Source of the DNA: Eledone cirrhosa
Lineage: Eukaryota
NCBI GenBank assembly: GCA_964016885.1
Contig: OZ024751.1
Span: 42,532,001 to 42,596,000 of the forward strand
Direction of reading: 5' to 3'
DNA length: 64,000 nt
In this document: one piece after another, positions 25,948 through 38,581 of the stretch
Layout of the letters: each line of letters starts with the position of its first letter
Numbering within the stretch: position 1 is the stretch's first letter
Made by a program: the position numbers and the translations under genes
The notes under the pieces: generated by a model
Databases searched by the model: none
Seen by the model: the letters and a program-made list of their open reading frames with translations, nothing else
What the model was told of the DNA's origin: nothing

Positions 25948-28900
25948 TCAACAGACCGTCTTTGTCATTTGTTGCAATGTTCTGGGCTGTTTAATCCACT
26001 GGATAAGTTCTGCAATACTGACGATATAAACATCGGACATGTTAACCAACTGAGAGATAAATTCATTCAAACCTTTCAAGCTACGCCAGTTTGATGGGTT
26101 GAACCAGTCGTGCCGCAGATGAACCCCCAGGGGAATTTTATCTTTGTAATGAACAGCAAAATTTCTCAGGAGAAAATCTAAAGTATCTTTTGCAGTGACT
26201 GGGTTAAATAAACATCCGTCAGCATAAAGGCATGTGTAGTTTAATTCGTCTAGAAATGGCATTACTGGGACTTCCCAAAATCCGTTGAAGTTGTCAGTCG
26301 GACATTTTCCAACAGAGCAGGTCCCTCTCCAACCGAAATCTAGAGTGAAGGGCCAAGAATGATAACCTTGTTTGTAAATCAATGTTGAATCGTAAAGAAA
26401 ATGCTCTGTTTGCAAAATCTTCATTTGATCATTGCCCAAAGGAAGCATACTAGGAGAGCGCCAACCGATTATTTTACTAGCTGGTATACCAGCAGTATGT
26501 GTCATTTTAAATCTTTGGTTTTGTATGTCTGAAGCTAACATAGTTATATTGGAGTAGAATGAAGTGCCGTTTCCTTGAAGAGAAATATCCATATTGGCAT
26601 CATATAATTTTCTGACAAGACCATAATTGGAGCCCACATCTGAAACAAAATATGTAGCTTTTATAGGACACCTCCTCGGGTTTAGATACGATGAATTAAA
26701 CAGAGGGATCATGCTGTAATAGAACTGATGTGTAATAGGTCCATCGAATGTAAAATAAACAAACTGGGGAATATTGTCCTTGTTGGTACCTACATTGGTG
26801 CTCATACAACGACAATCAGGCAAAAAACAATTATTTCTCTGTTGGCATGTCTTAAACACACTGCTGTTCACAGGTTTTCTTTTAATAGGGATTTTCTTTG
26901 AAAATCTAGAGTTAAAGTTCTGATTTCCGATGCCAAATCTCGACTGAAAGTCTTTGTTAACTTGGTTAGTTTTGTCAACAATATTTGATGTTTTCCATAC
27001 TTGATCAGGTTGTAGAGGTGACACTAACACCTGTCTGTCTAAAGAAAAACCTGTATTTGATTTTACATTAGATGAGTTGTTATTGTTACTTCCGCTTCCA
27101 TTTCTGTTGTTTCTGCTGTTGCCAATATTTCTATCAGTCATTAAAGAACCTGAACTAAATAGTTCCTGTACCGTTAAGGTATCTAAATCGTCTCTGTGTG
27201 TATTAGATTCAAAGGTCTGACCAGGGAATTGTTTTGTTTGTGTTTTAATTTGAACAATTTGAGTTGGTTTAAAGGAAATTTCTGATCTATTTAGTATTGC
27301 AAGTTTTTCCTTCTTGTATGTGCTTTGTTCTGGGAAATCCTTTGTGGGTCTTTGGTGGTAAGTAGGATCAAGTCTTGGAAAATAACTCCCAGAATATTTT
27401 CTAGAATGGTCGTCTGTTTTTGTTGATTGTTTATAATTATATATTTTTGTTTCTTTGTTTTCCCTGTCATGTTGTAGGGAGACTTTAGTATTTATTTGTA
27501 TCAAGGGATCTTCTCTTGTTAATTCTTTAACACGTTTCAAAATGTTACTTTGATCATCAATCTGATTCCTGCTATGATGAAAGTTAACATTTCTGTCAAT
27601 CAATTCACGGTTCTTCGTCTCAAGCTGTTCCATTATTTGCATTGGTTTCTTTCTTATTTCTGCTACACTGTTGCTTTCTTGGAAATGTTTTATTTCTTCA
27701 TTTTTCACTCTTGTCTCTTTGTAATCAATCTGTTTATTTGGAGACATTCTGAACTTATCGGAAATTGAATCACCTCCAATATTATATGAAAACTTATTGT
27801 TATCTTCTCCTAATGCTGATATATTATATAATCGATTTTTCTTCGCACCATATCTCTCTTCGAAAGATGTTTTGAATTGTTTTTTTAATAGATTTTCTCT
27901 GTGAATATTAATATATTTATATTTCTGAATGGAATTTTCAATAAAATCATATGAAGAATGACATTGCCAAGATTTCATAGAATTAATCTCACTGATTTTA
28001 ACTGGATTTTTAACCCATTCCAACATTTGCTTAACAGTTGTGATATAAACATCTGATTTTTTCAAAAGATCTTGAATAAACTGGTCCATTGCTTTCAAAC
28101 GATAAGGATCGGTCGGGTAATTGTAAAAAAACCAGGCTGCATGCATATTTATTCCCATTGGGGCTCTGTTACCATTATAATAATCCAAGAAATTTTTCCA
28201 TAAATAATTGTAAGCCTCGTCATATGTAGTTGGTGCTACAGTACAACCATCAGTATACACACAGTCATACATGGAGTCTTTATCTATCACAGATACAACC
28301 GGAACTTCCCAGAAGCCGGGATGTTGCATTTGGGGACAGTCTGGGATTTGGCAATGAAACGGCCAACCATAATCCAATGTGAAAGGATATACTGCTTTTC
28401 TACGTCTTTTAGAATAAGTTAGAGTTGCATCATAAATGTACCCACCTTCTTTGAGGATCTCAACTTGTTTGTCTCCAAACGGTTTAAGGAACGGACTTCT
28501 CCATCCGATGACATCTGCTTCAGGAACCTTTCCCAAACGTACTAGGTTGTCTTTTTGTCCGAGTATTTCCTCTCTAACTTGAGCAAGATTTATATCACTT
28601 CGATGGTTTATGCTGTGAGATGCTATTTCCATTCCTTGCTTATAAAAGTCATTCACAAGTCGATAGTCTGTGTAGTTATGAGAAACAAATAGAGTAAACT
28701 TGATTCGACATCCGTTTGGGTTCTTTCTCTCGGCTGAAAACAACCTCCTGTACATGATGGCTGTTTGAAGGGTTACAGCATCATCAAATGTAAAATAAAC
28801 TATTTGTGGGAAGTCTTTTATATGTGTTCCATTCACAGGAAGTGAATCTTTACAGCAGACACAGTTTGGTGGGTAACAGGTGCGACTCTCTTGACATGTG

Positions 28901-28983
28901 CTACAAGCTATCGGTGAACTGGAGCTAATGATTAGGATATGCAGGAGGAAAACATAAAGGCTAACTTCCAAATATATGTACAT
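25948..28983 (-). CDS. Secreted tandem two-domain chitin deacetylase-like (CE4/NodB polysaccharide deacetylase) protein, single coding exon
   Basis: 1011-aa ORF with a hydrophobic N-terminal signal-like segment. Domain 1: CxPPxCxC, PQIVYFTFDD, EIASHSINH, GWRSPFL, YPFTLDY, FWEVP, NRAPMGINMH. Low-complexity linker. Domain 2: PQFVYFTFDG, GWRSP, WPFTLDF, FWEVP, PLGVHLRH. Confidence 0.93.
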   Translation of the reverse strand: MYIYLEVSLYVFLLHILIISSSSPIACSTCQESRTCYPPNCVCCKDSLPVNGTHIKDFPQIVYFTFDDAVTLQTAIMYRRLFSAERKNPNGCRIKFTLFVSHNYTDYRLVNDFYKQGMEIASHSINHRSDINLAQVREEILGQKDNLVRLGKVPEADVIGWRSPFLKPFGDKQVEILKEGGYIYDATLTYSKRRRKAVYPFTLDYGWPFHCQIPDCPQMQHPGFWEVPVVSVIDKDSMYDCVYTDGCTVAPTTYDEAYNYLWKNFLDYYNGNRAPMGINMHAAWFFYNYPTDPYRLKAMDQFIQDLLKKSDVYITTVKQMLEWVKNPVKISEINSMKSWQCHSSYDFIENSIQKYKYINIHRENLLKKQFKTSFEERYGAKKNRLYNISALGEDNNKFSYNIGGDSISDKFRMSPNKQIDYKETRVKNEEIKHFQESNSVAEIRKKPMQIMEQLETKNRELIDRNVNFHHSRNQIDDQSNILKRVKELTREDPLIQINTKVSLQHDRENKETKIYNYKQSTKTDDHSRKYSGSYFPRLDPTYHQRPTKDFPEQSTYKKEKLAILNRSEISFKPTQIVQIKTQTKQFPGQTFESNTHRDDLDTLTVQELFSSGSLMTDRNIGNSRNNRNGSGSNNNNSSNVKSNTGFSLDRQVLVSPLQPDQVWKTSNIVDKTNQVNKDFQSRFGIGNQNFNSRFSKKIPIKRKPVNSSVFKTCQQRNNCFLPDCRCMSTNVGTNKDNIPQFVYFTFDGPITHQFYYSMIPLFNSSYLNPRRCPIKATYFVSDVGSNYGLVRKLYDANMDISLQGNGTSFYSNITMLASDIQNQRFKMTHTAGIPASKIIGWRSPSMLPLGNDQMKILQTEHFLYDSTLIYKQGYHSWPFTLDFGWRGTCSVGKCPTDNFNGFWEVPVMPFLDELNYTCLYADGCLFNPVTAKDTLDFLLRNFAVHYKDKIPLGVHLRHDWFNPSNWRSLKGLNEFISQLVNMSDVYIVSIAELIQWIKQPRTLQQMTKTVC

Positions 28984-30049
28984 AGTTTATCTTTCTTTTT
29001 AACACTATCTCGCTAAATGTTCGTGTATAAACTGGAATGAAGGAAGTAGCTATCATGTATTATATATTTGTCGCTGTATATCGTCCAAACAACAAAGCTA
29101 AACTACTTGACTGGACTAAAAATTCCACAACAAATTTATTATATTATATATATATATATCTGTCTGTTTCTCTTTCTAACTTTCTGTCACTCTATATTTC
29201 TCAGTCTCTCTCTGTCTCTTTCTTGTGTGTATGAATAACCTGTGTACATTAATTAAATAGATACAATATAAAAAATGAAAAAAACAACAACTTGTAAGCA
29301 AGAGAACCAGCTGTAACCCACCCAGACAAATTTGTCCATCAAATCAAACTGACAACTCTTAACTTTGATCTCTGAGCCAACTACAACAACAATATTAATA
29401 GCAGGTAGCAACCGTGTTTTATTGTGAGTAGTAGTACATCATATTTACTATTTAAATACAAGTTGATTGGTGACTTCTAAAGATCTTTCTTTAATTTCTT
29501 TTTCCTTTTATGACTTTTTCTGATAGATGAGTCTATGAGAAGAGATGGAATTTTTGATGTAATATATTTAGTTCCTTGCGGCAGTTGTCTACCAGACTAA
29601 AATAATATACAAAATGAATTAATAAATCATTATTTTAAAATATTTTTTTGGTGTTGTTGTTTTGATGTTATTTGTGGTTTTTGATATGTTTTTTGTTTTG
29701 TTTTGTTTTGTGTGAGTTTTTTTTTTCTGTTTCTTTTGTTGTTGTTGTTGTTGTTGTTATTTTTTAGTAGGGTGTTTTAATTATTGAAGTCGTTATTGCA
29801 GTCTGAAGATGGTTGAGATGACAAGAACCTGATCTACCAGTGCTGTGTCTGTTATATTTCGAATAAATATTCTGAATGATCCAGGGTCCCTCTCTCTACA
29901 ACCCACCCCACCCCTACCATAGGGAGGAGGTGCAATTCAGTGCTGTGTGCTGTAAATAGTAATTCAGGCAATTAATATATAATTCCTTAGCTTGCAGTGA
30001 TGACCCCGACCTCAACATTGACTTGTCATAACAAGAAATATAATGAAAC

Positions 30050-30084
<35 letters not shown>

Positions 30085-30131
30085 TCTCTCTCTCTCTATC
30101 TCTCTCTCCCCCTCTCTCTCTCTATACACAC

Positions 30132-30167
<36 letters not shown>

Positions 30168-30271
30168 CTGTCTATTGCACAATTTACTAAAGCACCAGCA
30201 TTCTCATTATAGCTTGTAAGTGTGTGTGAAGGTCTCTCATCTTTATTCCCTGATGTGGGTTCTTGACTATT

Positions 30272-31757
30272 CTAGTGTAAACTAAGTGTAGGTGATACAA
30301 GAAGTGTAAACTAAGTGTAGGTGATACAAGAAGTGTAAACCAAGTGTAGGTGATACAAGAAGTGTAAACCAAGTGTAGGTGATACAAGTGTAAACTAAGT
30401 GTAGGTGATACAAGAAGTGTAAACCAAGTGTAGGTGATACAAGAAGTGTAAACTAAGTGTAAACTAAGTGTAGGTGATACAAGAAGTGTAAAGTAAGTGT
30501 AAACTAAGTGTAGGTGATACAAGCAGTGTAAACTAAGTGTAAACTAAGTGTAAACTAAGTGTAGGTGATACAAGAAGTGTAAACTAAGTGTAGGTGATAC
30601 AGAAGTGTAAACTAGGTGTAGGTGATACAAGAAGTGTAAACTAAATGTAAGCTAAGTGGAACTTATATGTTGGTGATAAAAGAAGTGTAAGTTAAGTATT
30701 GGTGATAAGGGTAAACTAAGTGTTGGTGATAAAAGAAGTGTTAGCTGAGTGTAAACTAAGTGTAGGTGATACAAGAAGTGTTAGCTGAGTGTAAACTAAG
30801 TGTAGGTGATACAAGAAGTGTTAGCTGAGTGTAAACTAAGTGTAGGTGATACAAGAAGTGTTAGCTGAGTGTAAACTAAGTGTTGGTGATAAAAGAAGTG
30901 TTAGCTGAGTGTAAACTAAGTGTTGGTGATAAAAGAAGTGTTAGCTGAGTGTAAACTAAGTGTAGGTGATACAAGAAGTGTTAGCTGAGTGTAAACTAAG
31001 TGTTGGTGATAAAAGAAGTTTAAGCTGAGTGTAAACTAAGTGTTGGTGATAAAAGAAGTATTAGCTGAGTGTAAACTAAGTGTTGGTGATAAAAGAAGTG
31101 TTAGCTGAGTGTAAACTAAGTGTTGGTGATAAAAGAAGTGTTAGCTGAGTGTAAACTAAGTGTTGGTGATAAAAGAAGTGTTAGCTGAGTGTAAACTAAG
31201 TGTAGGTGATACAAGAAGTGTTAGCTGAGTGTAAACTAAGTGTAGGTGATACAAGAAGTGTTAGCTGAGTGTAAACTAAGTGTAGGTGATACAAGAAGTG
31301 TTAGCTGAGTGTAAACTAAGTGTTGGTGATAAAAGAAGTGTTAGCTGAGTGTAAACTAAGTGTTGGTGATAAAAGAAGTGTTAGCTGAGTGTAAACTAAG
31401 TGTTGGTGATAAAAGAAGTGTTAGCTGAGTGTAAACTAAGTGTAGGTGATACAATAAGTGTTAGCTGAGTGTAAACTAAGTGTTGGTGATAAAAGAAGTG
31501 TTAGCTGAGTGTAAACTAAGTGTAGGTGATACAAGAAGTGTTAGCTGAGTGTAAACTAAGTGTTGGTGATAAAAGAAGTGTTAGCTGAGTGTAAACTAAG
31601 TGTTGGTGATAAAAGAAGTGTTAGCTGAGTGTAAATTAAGTGTAGGTGATACAAGAAGTGTAAACTAAGTGTTGGTGATAAAAGAAGTGTTAGCTGAGTG
31701 TAAATTAAGTGTAGGTGATACAAGAAGTGTAAACTAAGTGTTGGTGATAAAAGAAGT
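30272..31757. repeat. Compound minisatellite with 29-bp then 40-bp units
   Basis: agtgtaaactaagtgtaggtgatacaaga (29 bp) to ~30650, then tgt(t/a)ggtgata(a/c)aagaagtgttagctgagtgtaaactaag (40 bp). Confidence 0.97.
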
Positions 31758-31964
31758 ATAATCTTGTGCAGTAGAAATTATCGATCAAGGCAATAATTTA
31801 ATAAGATAATTTAGATATTTTAGTTTTCTGTTTTATGAGTTAATGATAAAAGACATGCGTGATAATGTCACATAAATATTTAATTGAACTGTCTGATAAA
31901 GATGATTTGAAAACTAATTTCATTAAAGATATTTCGAGGCTATGAACTGCACACATACCCCCCC

Positions 31965-32077
<113 letters not shown>

Positions 32078-32470
32078 AGTATATATATATATATACATAC
32101 GTAAATATATATATATATACATACATATATATATGAATAAAATTAGTCCTTCATCAGTGATCGTCCAGCCTTCATTGGTATTTCATTGCTTTAAAGACCA
32201 TATACCTCTGGTTGGTGCGAGCAACGGCTAAAGAAAGTCGTTGGGACACGTAAAATAGGGTGAAATGAGCGAGACATGTAAACAAACAAAGATGGTAAAG
32301 CAACAAAAAGTGAGGAAGAAGGAGTCAAGTCTCTGAAATCGATGAACTTAAGTTCTGTGAAATCGTAGGCGAGAGATAAAGACCATCCAACCTGAGTGAA
32401 ATGTGAGCGAGAAAAGGATTTCACACAGGTCAAATGGGAGGAAGTGAGGGAGAGGGAGTAACAGATATAT

Positions 32471-32580
<110 letters not shown>

Positions 32581-32587
32581 CATACGT

Positions 32588-32619
<32 letters not shown>

Positions 32620-32678
32620 TTCCTTTCTGAATTTGTTTAGCAAGATTCTTTATCTGAAAACGTGTGTTGAAACCGATA

Positions 32679-33106
32679 TTGTTATGCTTTGGGAGGGTCA
32701 TGTTGCCAATAAGAAACACACGCACCAGTTGCTTTCACTTCAATTTATTATAATAAATTTATAAATTTAGGAATTTATAAATTTCTGGTTGGTTGGTTGG
32801 TTCCACAACCAGATGATTGTTTATATATTGTCAAAGTTCTTTCGTCACACATTCTGTGACCTCTTCAGTGACTGGGGATTCTTTTCTTTGTTTTTGTGCC
32901 TCTCCTTTGTTCTGTCCTACGCCATCTTGTTTTGTGTGACGAAAGAACTTTGACAATATATAAACAATCATCTGGTTGTGGAACCAACCAACCAACCGGA
33001 AATTTATAAATTCCTAAATTTATAAATTTATTATAATAATAAATTGAAGTGAAAGCAACTGGTGCGTGTGTTTCTTAGGCAACATGACCCTCCCAAAGTA
33101 TAACAA
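32679..33106. mobile_element. Long inverted repeat (~173-bp arms, ~81-bp spacer), probably an inverted Penelope pLTR pair
   Basis: Near-perfect arms 32679-32851 and 32933-33106; a hammerhead-like motif on - spans the left arm/spacer edge; embedded in (TA)n. Confidence 0.7.
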
Positions 33107-33135
33107 CATGTATATATATAGATATATATATATAC

Positions 33136-33324
33136 GTTATTCCGGGTTGAATCGGAGGTAACCACAGTAAGTAAGGTACTCAATACATTGTAGAGTATAA
33201 AAGTTTTAATATAGATGAGATTCTACAGGACTAGAACTGTTTCATTCTTTAGAAATCATCAGGATTCCTGATGATTTCTAAAGAATGAAACAGTTCTAGT
33301 CCTGTAGAATCTCATCTATATTAA

Positions 33325-33328
<4 letters not shown>
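33136..33328. mobile_element. Family A fold-back element (copy 2) with a perfect 63-bp-arm palindrome
   Basis: 33202-33328 is symmetric about T33265; contains CTGATGA...GAAA. Confidence 0.7.
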
Positions 33329-33365
<37 letters not shown>

Positions 33366-33724
33366 CACACACATACATATACATATATATATATATTATA
33401 TATGTATAGACAGATAGACTGACACACAGACAGATAGAGAGAAAATAGTAAAAAACTTTTGAAGATGTATATAATGTTTTTTCTATATACATTCAAATTT
33501 ACAGTATACAATGAAAATCAATTAGTTTATATAGAATCAATTATAGAGTGTATGACAAATAGATGGGCTTGCTGAAATAATCATGTTTATCTAATTGGTT
33601 TTTATATCGACTAGTTTTAGCTATGGTTAGATTTTCAAAGTTTCATTTTCAAGGTTACATTTGTACTGGTGTTGAGTTCTTTTTTTTTAACACCTATCAT
33701 TATGATGAATATATTTATATATAT

Positions 33725-33873
33725 GTGGAGGCGCCACGGAAAAAAGCACCCAGCACTCACTGTAAATGAGGTTGGTGTTAGGAAGGGCATCCAGCTGTAG
33801 AAATAAAGCCAGAATCAGTTCCCGTCCCACCCTTGCAAGCAGGGAAAAGCGGACGTAAAATGATGATGATGAT
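33725..33873 (+). mobile_element. RTE 3'-end fragment
   Basis: gttggtgttaggaagggcatccagc...ggacgtaaaa(tga)n is the reverse complement of the RTE 3' UTR at 6779-7010. Confidence 0.75.
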
Positions 33874-34766
33874 CATGATATATATATATGTGTGTGTCTG
33901 TATATATATATATAAGTTAAAATAGAAAACAAAAACAATAACGAAGAGTGCAGTACAAAGTGTTAGTATTAGGTTCACGCTTGAGAGTGGGGGATGGGGG
34001 ACGACGTTTCGGGCATAAGCCCTTCATCAGGAGATGAGTGGGAAGGAAAAGAGTTCCGAGGGTGTGAGGGGGAGTGGTGGAAGGACATTAAAAAAGGGGG
34101 GTGGGTGGAAATGAAGGGAAGGAAAAAAAATATATATATATACATACACTCACATATATATATATATATGGTGATTATGATGGTGGTGTGGTGGTGGGTT
34201 GGCAGTATTGGTAGGGAGGATGATGATGGTGGTGTTGCTGATGATGGCGGTGGTGATAGTGGATGTTGTGATGACAATGACACTGATGATGATGATGATG
34301 CCACACAGACCATAGACACAGTACTGAAGTATACATGTCACATAAATTCAGTTGACAAAAAAACCCCAATAAACCCAAACAAAAAAGAGCAACAAAAACC
34401 CCCAAACACAGGAAAAAATTATTTACATAAATTTTCTCACAGAGTAACATTTTTTACATCTTTTAATATTTCAGGTAATAATTGTCACCTTAACGAAGAT
34501 TACATACATGTCATTGTTGAAGGATAAGACTGTCACCCATGGTATATATTTGTCAAATTATTGTGGTTAGGATGACATAGAGACACTGGTGTGTTAATAG
34601 AAGGGTCTTTATTCAGAGGCATCGGGGAGGGGAGGGGGGTCTTTCTTGAGAGACACCTGAGGGGGTGGGGTTGAGGGATTTCTTGTAAAGCCAGTTGAAT
34701 AAAGAGACCAGTTAAACCTGCATATTTAATAGGCATTGCTCAGAAATCATTCATATATATATATGC

Positions 34767-34865
<99 letters not shown>

Positions 34866-34972
34866 AGTGCATGTGAGTGTATGTATATATATATATTATA
34901 TATTATGGAATACTGTTGGCTTTTTGCTACAATATTTTCTATACCTTTCATTTATATATATATATATATATA

Positions 34973-35046
<74 letters not shown>

Positions 35047-35077
35047 GGTACATATATATGTATGTATGACTCCCTCA

Positions 35078-35110
<33 letters not shown>

Positions 35111-35499
35111 CATTTGTACTCTCACAGACAAGAGAACGCTCTCCCAAACCGAACACGTCCGTACTACAGGGTGTTAGCGATACTGAGTTACACAGTACAA
35201 GTCAAGCACTCAATATACCATGGTTCCACCTGATTGATGAGCACACCGTAATCTTTGACAGGAAGTACTTTCTTCTTTAGGATGTAGAATGGAATTCTGG
35301 GTATGTAGTGTCAAACTGACATAACTTGAGATACGGTAAATAAAATAAGGGAGATAATCTTTGGCTTTTTATTTTTTCAAGGGACGCCACTCTTCCTTTA
35401 TCTATATGCCGACTATAATTATTCCCTTGTATTGCTACACTATATTACGACAGTAAACTATATCAACCATTATATACGACAGGCAATTCCCTGGAATAA

Positions 35500-35775
35500 T
35501 AATGGTCTCTGATTTAGGTACAAGGCCAGCAATTTTTGAGGGAGGGGTAAAACGACCCCAGTACGTAACTTTTACTTCATTTTAACGATTCCGTAAGGAT
35601 GAAAGGCAAAGCCAACCTCGACGGGATTTGAACTAAAAAGGCAAAGGGCCGTAACTCTATGCCGCAAAGCATGTTGTCCGACGCCAATCCACAGTAGTAA
35701 TAATTGTTTCTACTTTTGGCACAAGGCCAGCAATTACCCAGTACATTACTGGTACTTTATTTTATCGACCCCGTA
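35500..35775 (-). mobile_element. SINE family 1 copies (minus strand)
   Basis: Reverse complement of the family core: ctggtactttattttatcgacccc, ggatgaaaggcaaag. Confidence 0.8.
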
Positions 35776-36289
35776 AGTAATAATGATTTATTTTAGTCAC
35801 ATAAGGCTAACATTTAGTGAAGGCGCGTGGCTGAGTGGTTAGAGAATTGGATTCACAATCTTGAGGTTGTGAGTTCGATTCCTGGACCGGGTGATGCGTT
35901 GTCCTTGAGCAAGATACGTTGCTCCTTCTACCTGGAGTTGCGACCGATATATAGTATTAGCAATTGGAAAGACCAGCGGAAACATTGTTTCCTCGGTCCG
36001 ATTTGACGAAAGTCGATTGTTAAAAAAAAAAGGGCTAACATTAAACAAACAATAAAGAAGCGTCTGGACGATACAGTGCTGGATTTTGTGTGTTATAATG
36101 GGTTATAACAAAAACTAAACGAACATTAAAAAAAAACAAAAACAAAATAAATTTCCCAAGAGCAGGAGCCCCAAAGACTCCCAAGACTGCAGCTCTGTCA
36201 AGGAGACGAGCTCTGGATAAACACGTATAACAAACGGTGAGTCTAGACCTGTTTACAGTCAAGGAAGAGCTGGAATTGACATCGCCACA

Positions 36290-36665
36290 GCATGTCCAGT
36301 CCTATACGTAGCGAGCGTTGGCAGCAAATAGACCTCCTGCCTATTGGTACACATCCTTTCTACCACAAAAAGCGAAAGAGCAAACACTTCAGTGTAATCA
36401 GACGTGAACCAGGTCAAGGTACAAGGACCAGATGGTAGTAAATGACGGACGTAATGTATGAGTTCGCCACCTGTATCCGACCTTTCAGGGATAGCTTCCT
36501 CTCGGCCCATTTCTGGCGGACAGTGGTCACCCTACTCGTTACCTCTTTCCTGTTTTTGTCCATTTGGTTGTCCAGAGCAAACCAGAGCCCGAGCAATTTA
36601 ACCGCTCTGTCCGTCCAGTGCCTGGTGACACTGATGGACGGCATGGACCTGTCTCTCAAGCTGCT
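36290..36665 (-). mobile_element. Tx1/L1 ORF2 fragment
   Basis: VKLLGLWF...QKWAERKLSLKGRIQVANSYITSVIYYHL is homologous to the element at 54080 onward. Confidence 0.8.
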
Positions 36666-36839
36666 GTTCTCTACATTCTATCCACTTTGGTCTCATATTA
36701 CATCAAATTGACACGAATAAAGCTATAGTAAGGGAGATAATCTTCAGATTTCATTAATTTTTCAAGGGAGGCAACCTTGACTATGTGTCTATTTCAATTA
36801 TTTCCCTGCAAATCATATCTGCCACCGTATACGATGGAA

Positions 36840-37155
36840 TAATAATAATGGTTTCTGATTTAGGCATAAGGTCAACAATATTGGGAGAGGGGAAAGTCGA
36901 TTAAATCGATCTCAAAGCGTTACTGGTACTATATTTTATCGACACAGTAAGAGTAACAAAAAAAAAAAAAATTGTTTCTACTTTTGGCACAAGGCCAGCA
37001 ATTACTCCAGTGCATTACTGGTACTTTATTTTATCGACCCCGTAAGGATGAAAGGCAAAGTTAACCTCGGCGGGATTTTAACTCAGAATGGCAAGGGCTG
37101 TAACTCTATGCGTCAAAGCATGGCGTCCAACGCTTTACCGATACTGCCAATAATA
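36840..37155 (-). mobile_element. SINE family 1 copies (minus strand)
   Basis: Reverse complement of the family core and head. Confidence 0.8.
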
Positions 37156-37199
37156 ATTAGAAGAAGAGGCTTAACAAGAAGATTACCCAATAATTTGCT

Positions 37200-37500
37200 G
37201 ATCCCAGCATACATGGGCAAATATGTAACAAGATTTCCCTATAATTAGAGCAATCTACCTTGTCTTCCATTTTTGAGAATTGGGATTATCACTCCCGATT
37301 GCCATGGCTTTAGCTCCTTTCGAGAGATCCAGGTCACCCTGCACACGCAGTCAGAGCATACATTCCCTATTTAAATCTTTTAACATCTCAGGCCGAATTT
37401 CATCTTTCCCAGAGGCCATGTAACATTTGAGTGCTTTAATTGCTCTGATGACCTCAGCCACTATTGACCTTCACCCTTTGAGGCTCTCCATGTATGTCAG
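37200..37500 (-). mobile_element. Degenerate RTE RT fragment
   Basis: Minus-strand translation across frameshifts gives ASGKDEIRPEMLKDLNRE...WQSGVIIPILK...NYRE, typical of the RT N-terminal region. Confidence 0.65.
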
Positions 37501-37639
37501 AAGATGTTGTGACAGCAAAGTATTCTCTCCACCATGCAAGGACGAACCTGATAGTAAGCATGGTTAGGGACTTCTAATTACAAAGACGATGGATGGTCGT
37601 GTGCTAGTTTGAGGGTGGATGGTGGGTGCTGAAAAAGAT

Positions 37640-38180
37640 CAGGTTAAAAGAAGAACAGTGGGGCGTTTAGGCCGGTTCACTAAAAGTTTGGAGAGAAAAA
37701 ATAAGGTGCTGTTTTCTTCTCAGGCGTGAGCCCGGGGATCTGGAGTAAGTAACAAAGCTGAAAACAGCGAGATGATGGGTGGAAGGTCTGTCCGGTGGCG
37801 GAAATGTCGGGTGACCGGAAAGTGGTTGCAAAGATGGATATCCCGGAGATGCTCGGCGAACCTGTCCGCTACTCGATGACCGGTTTGTTCAATCTAGACA
37901 GCCTTGCATAACGTGCAACGGACCCCGTAGACAAAACTGGAGGAGGTGCAGCGGAGGGAATCTCTGACTCGGAAGGGTTAGTCGTTGGGGTAGCGGTGTT
38001 GGTGATGAAGTTGTATGTGTGGCAGCGGGGTAGAGTGTAGGGTGCTGGAATGGTGTCCGAGGAATGTGTTGAGGGAGGAAGGGAGCTGCCGACGAAGAGA
38101 TAAAGAATGTTGTGTGTGCACTTGAATGAATGGACGCGTGGGAGGGGGAAATGGGTGAGGTGGAGGGGTCTGACAGAAGG
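37640..38180 (-). mobile_element. Penelope-like element remnant (GIY-YIG endonuclease), pseudogenised
   Basis: Minus strand reads ...PRCHTYNFIT...(fs) VYGVRCTLCKAV*IEQTGHRVADRFAEHLRDIH...PVTRHF...KQHLIFSLQTF, the PLE GIY-YIG pattern, with a stop and frameshifts. Confidence 0.8.
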
Positions 38181-38410
38181 CGGCATACATATATATATAT
38201 ATATATACATTTACAAACACACATGCGAACACATGCACACGTACTCACCTCCACCCACACACTGACACATACACACAAAAACATACACACACACGCACAC
38301 ACACACACTCACACGCATACATACAGACAAACATGCGCAAACACACATACAACCACACACAAACACGCACGCACGCACACTAACACATACCCATTCTCTG
38401 TCTCTCTCTC

Positions 38411-38497
<87 letters not shown>

Positions 38498-38581
38498 CTC
38501 GGAGGTTGTTTTTCGTTATTTCATGGACCGAAATGCGAATCTCGATAATTTATGTTTGTTTATATATATATATATATATAT

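Noticed and set aside
35821-35890. tRNA gene (A/B boxes, tRNA-like head)
   Set aside because: Continues into SINE body sequence (tgtccttgagcaaga) and lacks a proper acceptor stem; it is a SINE head.
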